Of a stretch of DNA of 64,000 bases, positions 47,759 to 56,778 are shown one piece after another (position 1 is the first letter of the stretch; every line of letters begins with the position of its first letter). Below the pieces are notes generated by a model. It was not told the origin of the DNA, did no database searches, and saw nothing but the letters and a program-made list of their open reading frames with translations. Source of the stretch: Bryobacterales bacterium (GTDB lineage Bacteria; Acidobacteriota; Terriglobia; Bryobacterales; UBA6623); contig CBDFJA010000003.1 in the NCBI GenBank assembly GCA_965248365.1, positions 171,557 through 235,556 of the forward strand. Reading direction: 5' to 3'. Position numbers and translations under genes: made by a program.

Positions 47759-49028
47759 TGACCTGCCCCCAGGAACGAGTCCACTCTCTAAGTTAGACCT
47801 GGGACCATTTGAAGTCCACTCCATGGTATAGAACTCTGGTCCTGGGACCTGGGTAATCTGGCCTCCGGCGCCGGCGGGCCGATAGGCCAAGGCGCTGTGA
47901 GGCCGTCGCTGGTTGTACTCCCTGCGCCATCTCTCGGCCAACACCTTCGCCTCCCACAACGTGTCGAAGACTTCTACGTTCAGCAGTTCATCCCGCAGTT
48001 TTCCGTTGAAGCTCTCCACATATCCATTCTCCCAGGGGCTGCCGGGCTCGATGTATAAGGTCCTCACCCCAACAGCCTTCAGCCAGTCCCGAACCGCCTG
48101 AGCCGTAAACTCTGACCCGTTATCGGACCGAATGTATTCAGGCACTCCCCGATCCACGAACAACTCCGCCAATCGATCCAACACGTCCTGGTGATTCATC
48201 TGTCGTTGGACCTCAATGGCCAGACACTCCCGGGTGTATTCATCCAGTAGGGTTAATAATCGAAAGGCCCTTCCGTCATGGGTTCGCTCATGCACGAAGT
48301 CATAGCTCCAGACGTGATCCTTGTGAGCCGCTCGTAACCGAACGCAGGATCCATCATGAAGCCACAGTCTCCTTCGTTTCGGCTGTCTGGACGGGACTTT
48401 CAGCCCCTCCTGTCTCCACAACCTCTCCACCCGCTTGTGATTCACTTTCCACCCTTCCCAACGAAGCATGGCCGTGATCCGTCGGTAGCCGTATCGCCCG
48501 TAGTGCGTGGCCAACTCCACCATCTCAGCCACCAATCGAGCCTCCTCATCGGGGATATGCCTTTCCCTTCGCTGGGTCGATCGAGCCTGTCCCAGCACTT
48601 GGCAGGCCCGACGTTCGGAGACGCGCTCTGCTCCCAATCTCTCCCTCACCCACACCACTGCGCGTCTCCTCTTCGTCGGGCCTAGAAGTTTCCCGAGGAA
48701 ACTTCCTTTAGGATCTGCTTGTCCAAAGACAGATCTGCCACTAGCTTCTTCAACCGGGCATTCTCCTTCTCCAACACCTTCAACCGCTTGGCCTGATTCA
48801 GTCGAAGCCCTCCGTACTCCTTGCGCCACCGGTAGTAGGTCTGCTCGGTCACCCCAATCTGTTTGCACACCTGGCCCACCGTCTGTCCTTGAGCTAGACC
48901 CACCTCTGCCTCACGCAACTTGATGATGATCTGTTCTGCACTAAATCGCTTCCCTGCCATCTCTTGCCTCCTTCCTAAAACCGAAAATCCTAACATTCAA
49001 CTTGGACTCGTTTTAGGGGGCAAGGTCA
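47759..49028 (-). mobile_element. IS3-A copy C4 (1270 bp, both IRs present)
   Basis: Inverted relative to C3 and carrying the same 1-bp insertion near the orfB 3' end, so orfB has no stop inside the element. This creates the artefactual 704-aa ORF 46754-48868. orfA is at 48682-48960 (-). Confidence 0.88.
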
Positions 49029-49786
49029 GCGCCGTTTGCCTTATCAGCGTTGACGTGGCGGACGTCAACCTGGGGGAAGAGATGCGCTCCGCCGAGCTTG
49101 GCAATCTTGAGGTAATTAGTGTCGAGCGTGTTCTTGGACCCGACATTGCAGCCCGTAACGTAATCCCCGCAGTTGATGCACTCGCGCTGCACGGCCCCCC
49201 AGGGATTGACACCGTCGAAGTTAACCGCGATGTCGTTGAGGAAGTGGGGAGCATCCGGGTGCGCGGCGGCCCCCTGTTTCACGGCCTTGACCTTGTCCAG
49301 GCTCTGGCCCCGCGGGTGCTTGCGGGCGCGCAGGGTGGTTTTCACCCGCCGGAAGAGCTTCCTCAGTTCACCGTCGGCAAGAGATTGACGGATCGCCTTC
49401 GGCCAACGCTTGTCAAAGGCCTCGTTTTCAGGGTCGTAGGCGACGTTGGCGTTGAGCAGCGATGTGCCGCCCAGGCCGGAGCCCTGAAAGGAGACTACAT
49501 CGAGGCCGCCGTCGAACTTAAACAAGCCCAACGGATTGTCTTTGGGGTCGTAGCGCTCTTTCAGCGCGCTTTGGAGTTTGTAGGGAAACTGCTTCGGCAA
49601 CCATTCCCTGCCGCGCTCCAACAGGCAGACCGACGGCTTCGGACCGGGCCAGCGTGCCGTGGCGATGCGAGCCGCGCTGATCGCGCCTCCATAACCCGAG
49701 CCGATGACGACGACATCGTAAGAGTCTTCATGGTCTTGCCAGCTTGTGGCTAAGGGTGTGCGATTGACCGAGTGAAATTCCGGCAT
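49029..49786 (-). pseudogene. N-terminal fragment of a GMC-family (cholesterol-oxidase-like) FAD oxidoreductase truncated by IS3-A C4
   Basis: DVVVIGSGYGGAISAARIA (GxGxxG), LLERGREW, FQGSGLGGTSLLNANV, CINCGDYVTGCNVGSKNTLDTNYL, then the IS end. Confidence 0.7.
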
Positions 49787-50204
49787 ATGGTTCCGTATTC
49801 CTGGCCCGTTCCGGCCCTTTATCCGCTAATCCAAGATTTCCGTTTTGGCCACCCCGGCACCGATAGGATAGCCGAGCCGCGCCCGCGTTGCAACGTTCCT
49901 CGTACTGCCTGGAAGTTCGGCCCTCCGTCTTCGTCGATCTGGCACTAGGATTGGGTCTGGTCCGGACGATCCAGCCCGCTCGTGCCCACCTGTCCGACAC
50001 CGCTTGACCTTGCCTGTCGGCACAGGGAGCACCTAGATCCTACCTTGTCGGCAAGGGTTTACCGAAGCCGTCCCGAACCTAACATTCGCAACTTGACACT
50101 TTTGTGACGTTGTTGCCTCATTCAGACGACTGGGCGAGGGAGAACTCCAGAGACTCCCGGGCGTCGCGAAGTAATTCTCCGTGCAAATTTATAGGTAGAT
50201 TTGT

Positions 50205-51395
50205 CTAGCGCCCTCCGATCGCCAGCTCGGCCAAATAGATTGCCGTGATCGGTTTGCCGGCACTGTCTTTCTCGTGACTCGAATAGTAGGAGACCCAGGC
50301 GCGGGTCGGGCTGAGCGCGACAAATCCCGGATAGGAGTTGTCGCCATCGCTGGGCAGATCGAGCAGCTCGTTGAGGCGATCTTGGGCAAGCCAGGAGAGG
50401 GCCATCCGCGGCCCCGCCTCGGTCAGCTTGCGGCCCCCGACAAGGTAGCGTGCCCCCCACCTAACCAGCAGTGGCCCGCCGATGTAGCGGCCCAGATCGG
50501 TCCGCGTCCACTCTTGATAAGGGGGCCGCGCCCGTACCAGCTGGGCGTTGCGTCGTCCGCCGCCACGGGCCACGGCGAGGATCGAGCCGTCGGGCTCGAA
50601 CAGGAAGGCTGTCTCATTCCCGTAGCTCTCCTGAAACAGCCCGATCTTCCGCCAAATAAGTCCGTCGTCGCTTTCGAGCAAAGCTGATTCCACAAGTGGG
50701 TTGCGCTCCTGCCGCGTCTTGGTCTCGGCGAACTCGTGCTTCCGACGGCCGCACAGATAGGCCTTACCGCCGAAGACCGCCGCCCGCCAAATATAGTGGC
50801 CATAGGTGCCTTCGAGCATTTGGGGGCCTTGCCAGCAGCTACCGTCTTCGGTCCACGCGGCGTACCCGAGGTGCTGGTTCATGTTGTAAGGCTCGGGGGA
50901 AGTCTCACCGCAGTACCACGTTCCGCTGTAGACGAAAAGCTTGCCCTTGAAAATCAGGAAGTGTGGGTCTCGTGTGTCTCGCTTGGGCACATTGAAGCGG
51001 TGCACCTGGCGCCACTCTCGGCCGTCACGGCTCGCAAGCACCAGGATCGAAGAGGTCGGATGCACCATGTGCCCATCTGGGCAACTCCGGAAGGTGAGAT
51101 AGTAGAGGCCCTTGTAGCGGATCAGGTCAGTGAAGGCATTGTGCTCGCCGTTGTGGAAGACACGCCGCACCGACTCGACCCGCAGTCGCGGAAGCGAGTC
51201 GGCGGCGGAGCGCGGATTCCACGAGAACAGCGAAGCGCATACGAGGAGAGTTGTTCCCGCGAAAACCAGCTCTTTTCTGCTGAGCACATGCATGTCGGTG
51301 TTATTAAGGTAGCTGGGAGGCCGTAGATTCTCAACTGCGAAGGTCTCGATCGATGAGCCGGCATGCCAATTCAATTCGGGTCGCCGGTGGTGCAA
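50205..51395 (-). CDS. Sialidase-fold beta-propeller protein (putative glycoside hydrolase)
   Basis: 396 aa, N-terminal TM/signal segment and repeated beta-propeller-like segments (ASRDGREWRQV, ESDDGLIWRKI). Tentative. Confidence 0.4.
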   Translation of the reverse strand: MHHRRPELNWHAGSSIETFAVENLRPPSYLNNTDMHVLSRKELVFAGTTLLVCASLFSWNPRSAADSLPRLRVESVRRVFHNGEHNAFTDLIRYKGLYYLTFRSCPDGHMVHPTSSILVLASRDGREWRQVHRFNVPKRDTRDPHFLIFKGKLFVYSGTWYCGETSPEPYNMNQHLGYAAWTEDGSCWQGPQMLEGTYGHYIWRAAVFGGKAYLCGRRKHEFAETKTRQERNPLVESALLESDDGLIWRKIGLFQESYGNETAFLFEPDGSILAVARGGGRRNAQLVRARPPYQEWTRTDLGRYIGGPLLVRWGARYLVGGRKLTEAGPRMALSWLAQDRLNELLDLPSDGDNSYPGFVALSPTRAWVSYYSSHEKDSAGKPITAIYLAELAIGGR

Positions 51396-51554
51396 TGTTC
51401 TGAGGCGGCGGGAATTGCGTGAGATTCAGCAAGCCTGAATCCTCCCTTGTCGGCTACTCTTTACCTATCTTGCTTGGAAGTCCCATAAGCCAACTCACCG
51501 ATCGCACAGCTATGATGTCTTAACACCAATTATCTAATATATTGTGATGTTTGA

Positions 51555-51779
51555 GTGCGTACCACTCTCACCTTGGACCCCGATGTTGCTCGGCGTCTCA
51601 AACAGCGCGTCCGTGACCGCAAGATCACGTTTAAGCAAGCGGTGAACGAAACGTTGCGGCGTGGGCTGAACTCCTCTCGTTCTGAGGGATCGCCTAGGTT
51701 TCAGGTCGAGCCTCACTCGTGCCGCTTTAGACCAGGTGTCGACCTGGACAAGTTAAACCAACTTATTGATGAACTCTAG
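51555..51779 (+). CDS. vapB: VapB-type antitoxin
   Basis: GTG start. MRTTLTLDPDVARRLKQRV... is typical of VapB-family antitoxins. Lies 29 nt upstream of a PIN gene. Confidence 0.7.
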   Translation: MRTTLTLDPDVARRLKQRVRDRKITFKQAVNETLRRGLNSSRSEGSPRFQVEPHSCRFRPGVDLDKLNQLIDEL

Positions 51780-51808
51780 GCTGAAGCCGTCCGCGACAAG
51801 TTGACGCG

Positions 51809-52237
51809 ATGATTCTGCCTGACATCAACATCTTGGTCCATGCCTACAACTCGGACTCCGCGAGGCACGACGCGGCCCGGCGTTGGTGGGAAACAACCCT
51901 GTCGGAACGTCGGCCGGTGGCTTTGGCTTGGGCAACAGCTCTTGGATTCATCCGGGTCGTGACGAACCCACGAGTCTTGGACAACCCGATGCGTCCCCCC
52001 GAGGCAACGCGACGGGTCCGCTCGTGGCTGGATCACCCTCGCGTAGAGGTCGTCACCCCTGGGGAGGACCATGCGGATATCCTCTTCGGTCTGCTCAAGG
52101 AGCTAGGGACGGCTGGGAATCTGACGACGGACGCGCACCTCGCGGCTCTGGCGATGGAGTAGCAGGCGGAGGTGGCCTCCACCGACACTGACTTCGCGCG
52201 CTTTCCGCGCCTGCGCTGGTTCAGTCCGCTCATGTAG
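51809..52237 (+). pseudogene. vapC: VapC PIN-domain toxin gene with an in-frame amber stop at 52160-52162
   Basis: MILPDINILVHAY (first acidic residue) ...TTDAHLAALAME-TAG-QAEVASTDTDFARFPRLRWFSPLM-TAG. The conserved C-terminal T.D.DF acidic motif lies after the premature stop. Confidence 0.7.
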
Positions 52238-52483
52238 CCCCCGTTCGTTCTCTCCGAAAAACCATGGAACAGACCGCAAGCGCCCTTTCTCGGCGCCCAT
52301 GGCCCCATACACGATCTGTTCCGAGTTGGCCGCCATCATCTCAAAGCGATCCATCATCGCGTGCTCAGGGAGCAAACTTTCACCGACTGGCAGACGGCGA
52401 CTTGCGCCGGCTGAAAGAGAGAACTCCCCGACGATTTTCAGGGCAAAACGGCCTTGGCCTTGTTAACTTGACAATGTCCGCCC

Positions 52484-53050
52484 TTGACAGTTCTGCTCCC
52501 AAGAGGGAGCATAGCTGTCATGCGATTCCCTTCACCCATTGTGCCCGCCGCCGTCGTGCTCGTCGCTCTCGTCACCACTGCGTCCTGCGGTAAGGCACCA
52601 ACCCCGGCCGAGCCAAACGCACCGGTCAACCCGCTGCTCGGCGTGTGGTCGATGACCGCGATGACTTCTGGTAGCGGCGGGGCGACGATCGATCCCTCCC
52701 AGCCCGGGCTCTTCATCTTCACAGAGGGGTACTACAGCGAGGTCACCTCGCTCGGGGCCGACCCGCGGCCGGCGTCCGCGGCCGGCTTCAACCCGACGTC
52801 GGAAGAGAAGGTCGCCCAGTACGACACGATCATCGTCAACGCGGGAACCTATGAGGCCGACGGCTCCACCATCACCTTCCGGCCAATGGTCGCCAAGAGT
52901 CCCGAGTTCATCGGCGGACACTCCACGATGGATTTTCAGATCAACGGTGACGCGTTGACCCTGACAGTGCGGAGCGTGGTGGCTGCCGACGAGGTGTCGG
53001 CGCCGCCTGACTCAGCCGGATCATCGATGACGCTGCGGCGCAACGAGTAG
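52484..53050 (+). CDS. Lipocalin-like domain secreted protein/lipoprotein (putative)
   Basis: Signal with Cys (LVTTASCG), LLGVWSM..., YDTIIVNAGTYEADGSTITF...INGDALTL. Confidence 0.45.
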   Translation: MTVLLPRGSIAVMRFPSPIVPAAVVLVALVTTASCGKAPTPAEPNAPVNPLLGVWSMTAMTSGSGGATIDPSQPGLFIFTEGYYSEVTSLGADPRPASAAGFNPTSEEKVAQYDTIIVNAGTYEADGSTITFRPMVAKSPEFIGGHSTMDFQINGDALTLTVRSVVAADEVSAPPDSAGSSMTLRRNE

Positions 53051-53229
53051 AGCAGCGCCGGAGGCTAAGAACAGAGGCCGGGGCTTCAGAGCCGGGGACC
53101 TTTCCCGGCAACACGGAAAGTTCACGCCGGTTGACTGAATCATTCCCCCTTGACATCTCTCTGTTCTTCCCCGAAACCCCGTAGCCGCTCGAATTAAAGA
53201 ACGGACTCTTGAACCTAGCCCCAGCTAGC

Positions 53230-54255
53230 TGTGATCTTTCAACAGGTTGTTCATTCGGTCCCGGACCAGGGAAGCTGGAGTTGTCGAATAACCACGACCC
53301 TGGAGAGACCGCATGAACATCCATCAGAATGCCCGATTGACGCCCAAAGGCCGAGCCCTTTTGGTTCGATGCATCCTCGCTGGAGAGACGCCTCGGGCTG
53401 CCGCGGCGGCCCGAGACGTCTCAGAACGCACCGCCCGCCGTTGGCTGGCCCGCTACCGCGGCGAAGGCGAAGCCGGTCTCTACGATCGCTCTTCGCGTCC
53501 CCGGCATAGCCCGCGCCGCACCCCGCAAGCCGTCGTTGACCGCGTCCTCGCCCTGCGCCGACAACGTTGGACGGGCCGCCGCATCGCCCAAACCCTGCGG
53601 CTATCCCCGGCCACCGTCAGCCGCCTCCTCGGTCGCGCCGGACTCAACCGTCTCCGCGATCTCGAACCCGCTCCCCCCGTTCGCCGCTACGAACATCACC
53701 GTCCCGGCGATCTACTGCATCTCGACATCAAAAAGCTCGGCCGCTTCCAGCACGCCGGTCACCGCGTTACCGGCGATAAGACCCGACGCTCCCGCGCCGC
53801 CGGCTGGGAGTTCGTCCACGTCGCCGTCGACGACCATTCCCGCATCGCCTTCTCCCAGATCCTGCCCGATGAGCGCAGCCTTTCCGCTGCCCAGTTCCTT
53901 CTCCTCGCCCACGCCTACTATGGCTCGCTTGGCATCCGCATCCGACGCCTGCTCACCGACAATGGCTCCTGGTACCGCTCCCGCCACTTCCGTCGTACTT
54001 GCCGCCGCCTCGGCATCCGCCACCGCTTCACCCGCCCCTACACCCCTCGCACCAACGGCAAGGCCGAGCGCTTCATCCAAACCGCCCTCCGCGAATGGGC
54101 CTATGCCCGCTCCTACTGCTCCTCCCTCCAACGCGCCAACCATCTGCTCCCCTGGCTCCACGACTACAATTGGCATCGCCCCCACGCCAGCCTCGGCTAT
54201 AATCCCCCTATCAGCCGACTCCCTCCTCCCCGGAACAACCTGTTGAGGCTCCACA
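53230..54255 (+). mobile_element. IS481-family insertion sequence, copy 2 (1026 bp)
   Basis: Same IRs as copy 1. 6-bp direct repeat GCTAGC at 53224-53229 and 54256-54261. The right end is inserted at the CTAG formed by the TA flank of MITE copy M8. Confidence 0.9.
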
Positions 54256-54260
54256 GCTAG
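53313..54260 (+). CDS. IS481-family DDE transposase (315 aa)
   Basis: A handful of substitutions relative to copy 1. The last residue differs because its codon spans the IS/target junction. The stop TAG (54258-54260) lies in the target duplication. Confidence 0.9.
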   Translation: MNIHQNARLTPKGRALLVRCILAGETPRAAAAARDVSERTARRWLARYRGEGEAGLYDRSSRPRHSPRRTPQAVVDRVLALRRQRWTGRRIAQTLRLSPATVSRLLGRAGLNRLRDLEPAPPVRRYEHHRPGDLLHLDIKKLGRFQHAGHRVTGDKTRRSRAAGWEFVHVAVDDHSRIAFSQILPDERSLSAAQFLLLAHAYYGSLGIRIRRLLTDNGSWYRSRHFRRTCRRLGIRHRFTRPYTPRTNGKAERFIQTALREWAYARSYCSSLQRANHLLPWLHDYNWHRPHASLGYNPPISRLPPPRNNLLRLHS

Positions 54261-55789
54261 CCCGCATTTCTCACCACCTGACGGCCGAAGCACGCAATAG
54301 GCCCGCTATTAGTGCGTTGCGCTTGCTCGCCGTGCTCAACGTACTGTTCAAGTCAGTGCTGTCCGGGGAAAGTCGCGCCATCGGACGGTAAGTCTCGACC
54401 GCTCAATGTCTTATGGCCTGTTTTGCCCGGGAACGATTTGAAATCCCGAGGCCGCAAATGGTCGCCTGAACGGAGCATCCGGACGCGGCACAATGAGGGA
54501 TGAACCTTGGCCGTACGGTTTTCTCCCAACTGATCGAGCACCTACCGAGCAAAGAGTTTCAGAAATGTGTATCGCGCTACCGCGGCGATTCCTATCTGAA
54601 AAGTTTCTCCTGCTGGGATCAGTTTCTTGCGATGGCATTCGCCCAGCTGACCTATCGGGCAAGCCTCCGCGACATCGAGACGTGCCTGCGTTCGATGCAC
54701 GGCAAACTCTACCACATGGGATTCCGCGGCAGGGTAGCGCGCTTGACACTGGCCGATGCGAACGAGTCGCGCGACTGGCGGATCTACGCGGACTTCGCGC
54801 AGGTCTTGATTGGCATGGCACGGCCGTTATATGCCCACGACCCGATCGGTGTGGACTTGGACCAGACTCTGTACGCTCTCGACTCGACAACAATCGACCT
54901 CTGCCTGTCGCTGTTTCCGTGGGCGAGATTCCGCAAGCAAAAGGCCGCCGTGAAGATGCACACGCTGCTGGATCTGCACGGCAATATTCCCACGTTCATC
55001 CGCATTACTGGAGGCAAAGTGCACGACATCAACATCCTCGACGAGATCGGCCCGGAGGCCGGCGCGTTCTACGTCATGGATCGGGCCTACGTCGATTTCG
55101 AACGCCTCTTCGTGTTCACTCTCTGCTCGTCGTTCTTCGTCGTGCGAACCAAGAAGAACATCTTGCTCCAACGGCGCTACTCGCATCCCGTCGACAAATC
55201 CACGGGCTTGCGCTCGGATCACCGTCATACTGGCTGCCATCGAATCGGCCCAAGCCTATCCCGACCCGTTGCGGAGGGTCAGTTACTTCGACGCCCGGAC
55301 GAACAAGCGGCTGAAGTTTCTGACCAACAACTTCGCGCTCCCGGCGCTGACCATCGCCCACATCTACAAGTCGCGTTGGCAGATTGAGTTGTTCTTCAAG
55401 TGGATCAAGCAACATCTGCGAATCAACTCGTTTTACGGCACCAGCGAGAACGCCGTCAAGACGCAGATCCGGATCGCTGTCTCGATTTACGTGCTCATCG
55501 CCATCGTCCGGAAACGGCTCGGGCTGGAAGCGAGTCTTTACCAGATTCTACAGATTCTCAGCGTTACGCAATTCGAAAAAATGCCCCTTTTACAGGCACT
55601 CCAGCCATCCGACTCCCCAAACGAATCCCCCTATGACCCCAACCAATTGATTCTATTCGACTTTTAACCGGACAGCAGTGTGTTCAAGTACACCCGCATG
55701 ATTCAAGAAATGCGGCGCCGAGCGGCGCGCGCCTTGTACTGACGGGCCTCTCACGCACTTCGCCTCGCCACCTGGTGAGAAAAGCGGGC
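54260..55789 (-). repeat. MITE-194 copy M8, split by IS4 copy H
   Basis: 54260-54353 (94 bp) plus 55690-55789 (100 bp) add up to 194 bp. TA flanks at 54258-54259 and 55790-55791. Confidence 0.85.
54354..55680 (+). mobile_element. IS4-family copy H (1327 bp) with an inactivated transposase gene
   Basis: 9-bp direct repeat TGTTCAAGT at 54345-54353 and 55681-55689. A 2-bp deletion (ggatcaGAccgtcat becomes ggatcaccgtcat, near 55220) splits the transposase into ORFs 54500-55387 and 55269-55667. Confidence 0.9.
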
Positions 55790-55875
55790 TAAACCCGGCG
55801 GTTGAGTAGCCTTTTGGAGGGTGCGTTTGATCCCACCCTTACCGAGGGGCTTGAGTATCTCGGGTCCAAACGCTT

Positions 55876-55914
55876 CTCACGCGCTTCGCCTCCCGGCGTC
55901 GTGAAAAAGCGGGG
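55876..55914. repeat. Solo degenerate MITE-194 TIR (left-TIR type), followed by TA
   Basis: ctcacgcgcttcgcctcccggcgtcgtgaaaaagcgggg, then ta. Confidence 0.5.
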
Positions 55915-55992
55915 TAGCGCTCTTGGCGAAATCGGGGTACAGTGAACCAGGCGCCTACAACTTTCGAGGCGAACAAGTAAGGAGGTGTCGCC

Positions 55993-56724
55993 ATGCGTAA
56001 TGTCTTAGGCCGGAGTTGTCGCGTTTTGAAACTCGTCACGAGTTTGCCGGGGGTGGTGCTGATGCTCGCCGGAGCTGCTGTTTGGGGATAAAGCCCGTTT
56101 TCCGGGCGAGCGAGACTCATTTTTTACGTCGAAGGCGATGTAGTCCTGCGTGGCCCCTTGGGGGATCAACCCAGCCGGGCGCAACAGCATTTGGAAATGG
56201 GCCAGCGTATCCGCACAAAAGCCGGGCGGGCGGAAGTCGTTCTGGCGCCCGGTTTGCTGTTAGGCGTGGGGGAAAACACGGAGATCGAAATGGTCAAGCC
56301 TTACTTGAGCGACCTCAGACTAAGCTTGATCTCGGGATCTGCCGCCTTGCACGTGGTCGACGACACCTATCTGGAGGGGCTGGCTGTTCACTTCGGCAAG
56401 GCCGAGGCGAGGTTCGGTAAGCGCGGCGTGTACCGTTTGGACGCCCCGGGCGGAGAGTCTCTCCGGCTCAAGGTTTTCGACGGCAAGGCGGTCGTCTCCA
56501 CCGGCGAGTCCAAACACAAAGTGAAGAAGAAATGGTCGCTCGCAATGGCCGATCCGGATAGCCAACCTATCGTCGAGAAATTCGATTCCTCGCAAAAGGA
56601 TGCCCTCGATCAATGGCAAACTGAGCAGGTCGCCGCGCTTGCAGTGGTCAAGCCCGCCAAGCGGGGAGCCGCGTCTCATGATCCCAGGGAGGATTTGCCG
56701 TCCCTGGTGGGAGTGGATCGGTAG
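55993..56724 (+). pseudogene. FecR-domain-like secreted protein gene with an in-frame TAA after codon 32
   Basis: Strong SD (aaggagg), an ATG and a signal peptide (MRNVLGRSCRVLKLVTSLPGVVLMLAGAAVWG), then taa at 56089-56091. The same frame continues SPFSGRARLIFYVEGDVVL...GRAEVVLAPG...LISGSAALHV...FDGKAVVSTG. Confidence 0.5.
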
Positions 56725-56778
56725 AAAAAGCTCTCAGGCTCGCCGACCCCGTCGGTCTCGCTAGCCGATCACACCGGC

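Noticed and set aside
46754-48868. A 704-aa ORF, the longest in the window
   Set aside because: It is a chimera of IS3-A orfB, which lost its stop through a 1-bp insertion, read through the IS end into out-of-frame IS630 DNA. It is not a real gene.
40-54255. The two IS481-family copies as ends of a 54-kb composite transposon
   Set aside because: Each copy has its own matching 6-bp duplication (GCTAGA/GCTAGA and GCTAGC/GCTAGC). That indicates two independent insertions rather than movement of the whole segment. The outer flanks share no duplication.
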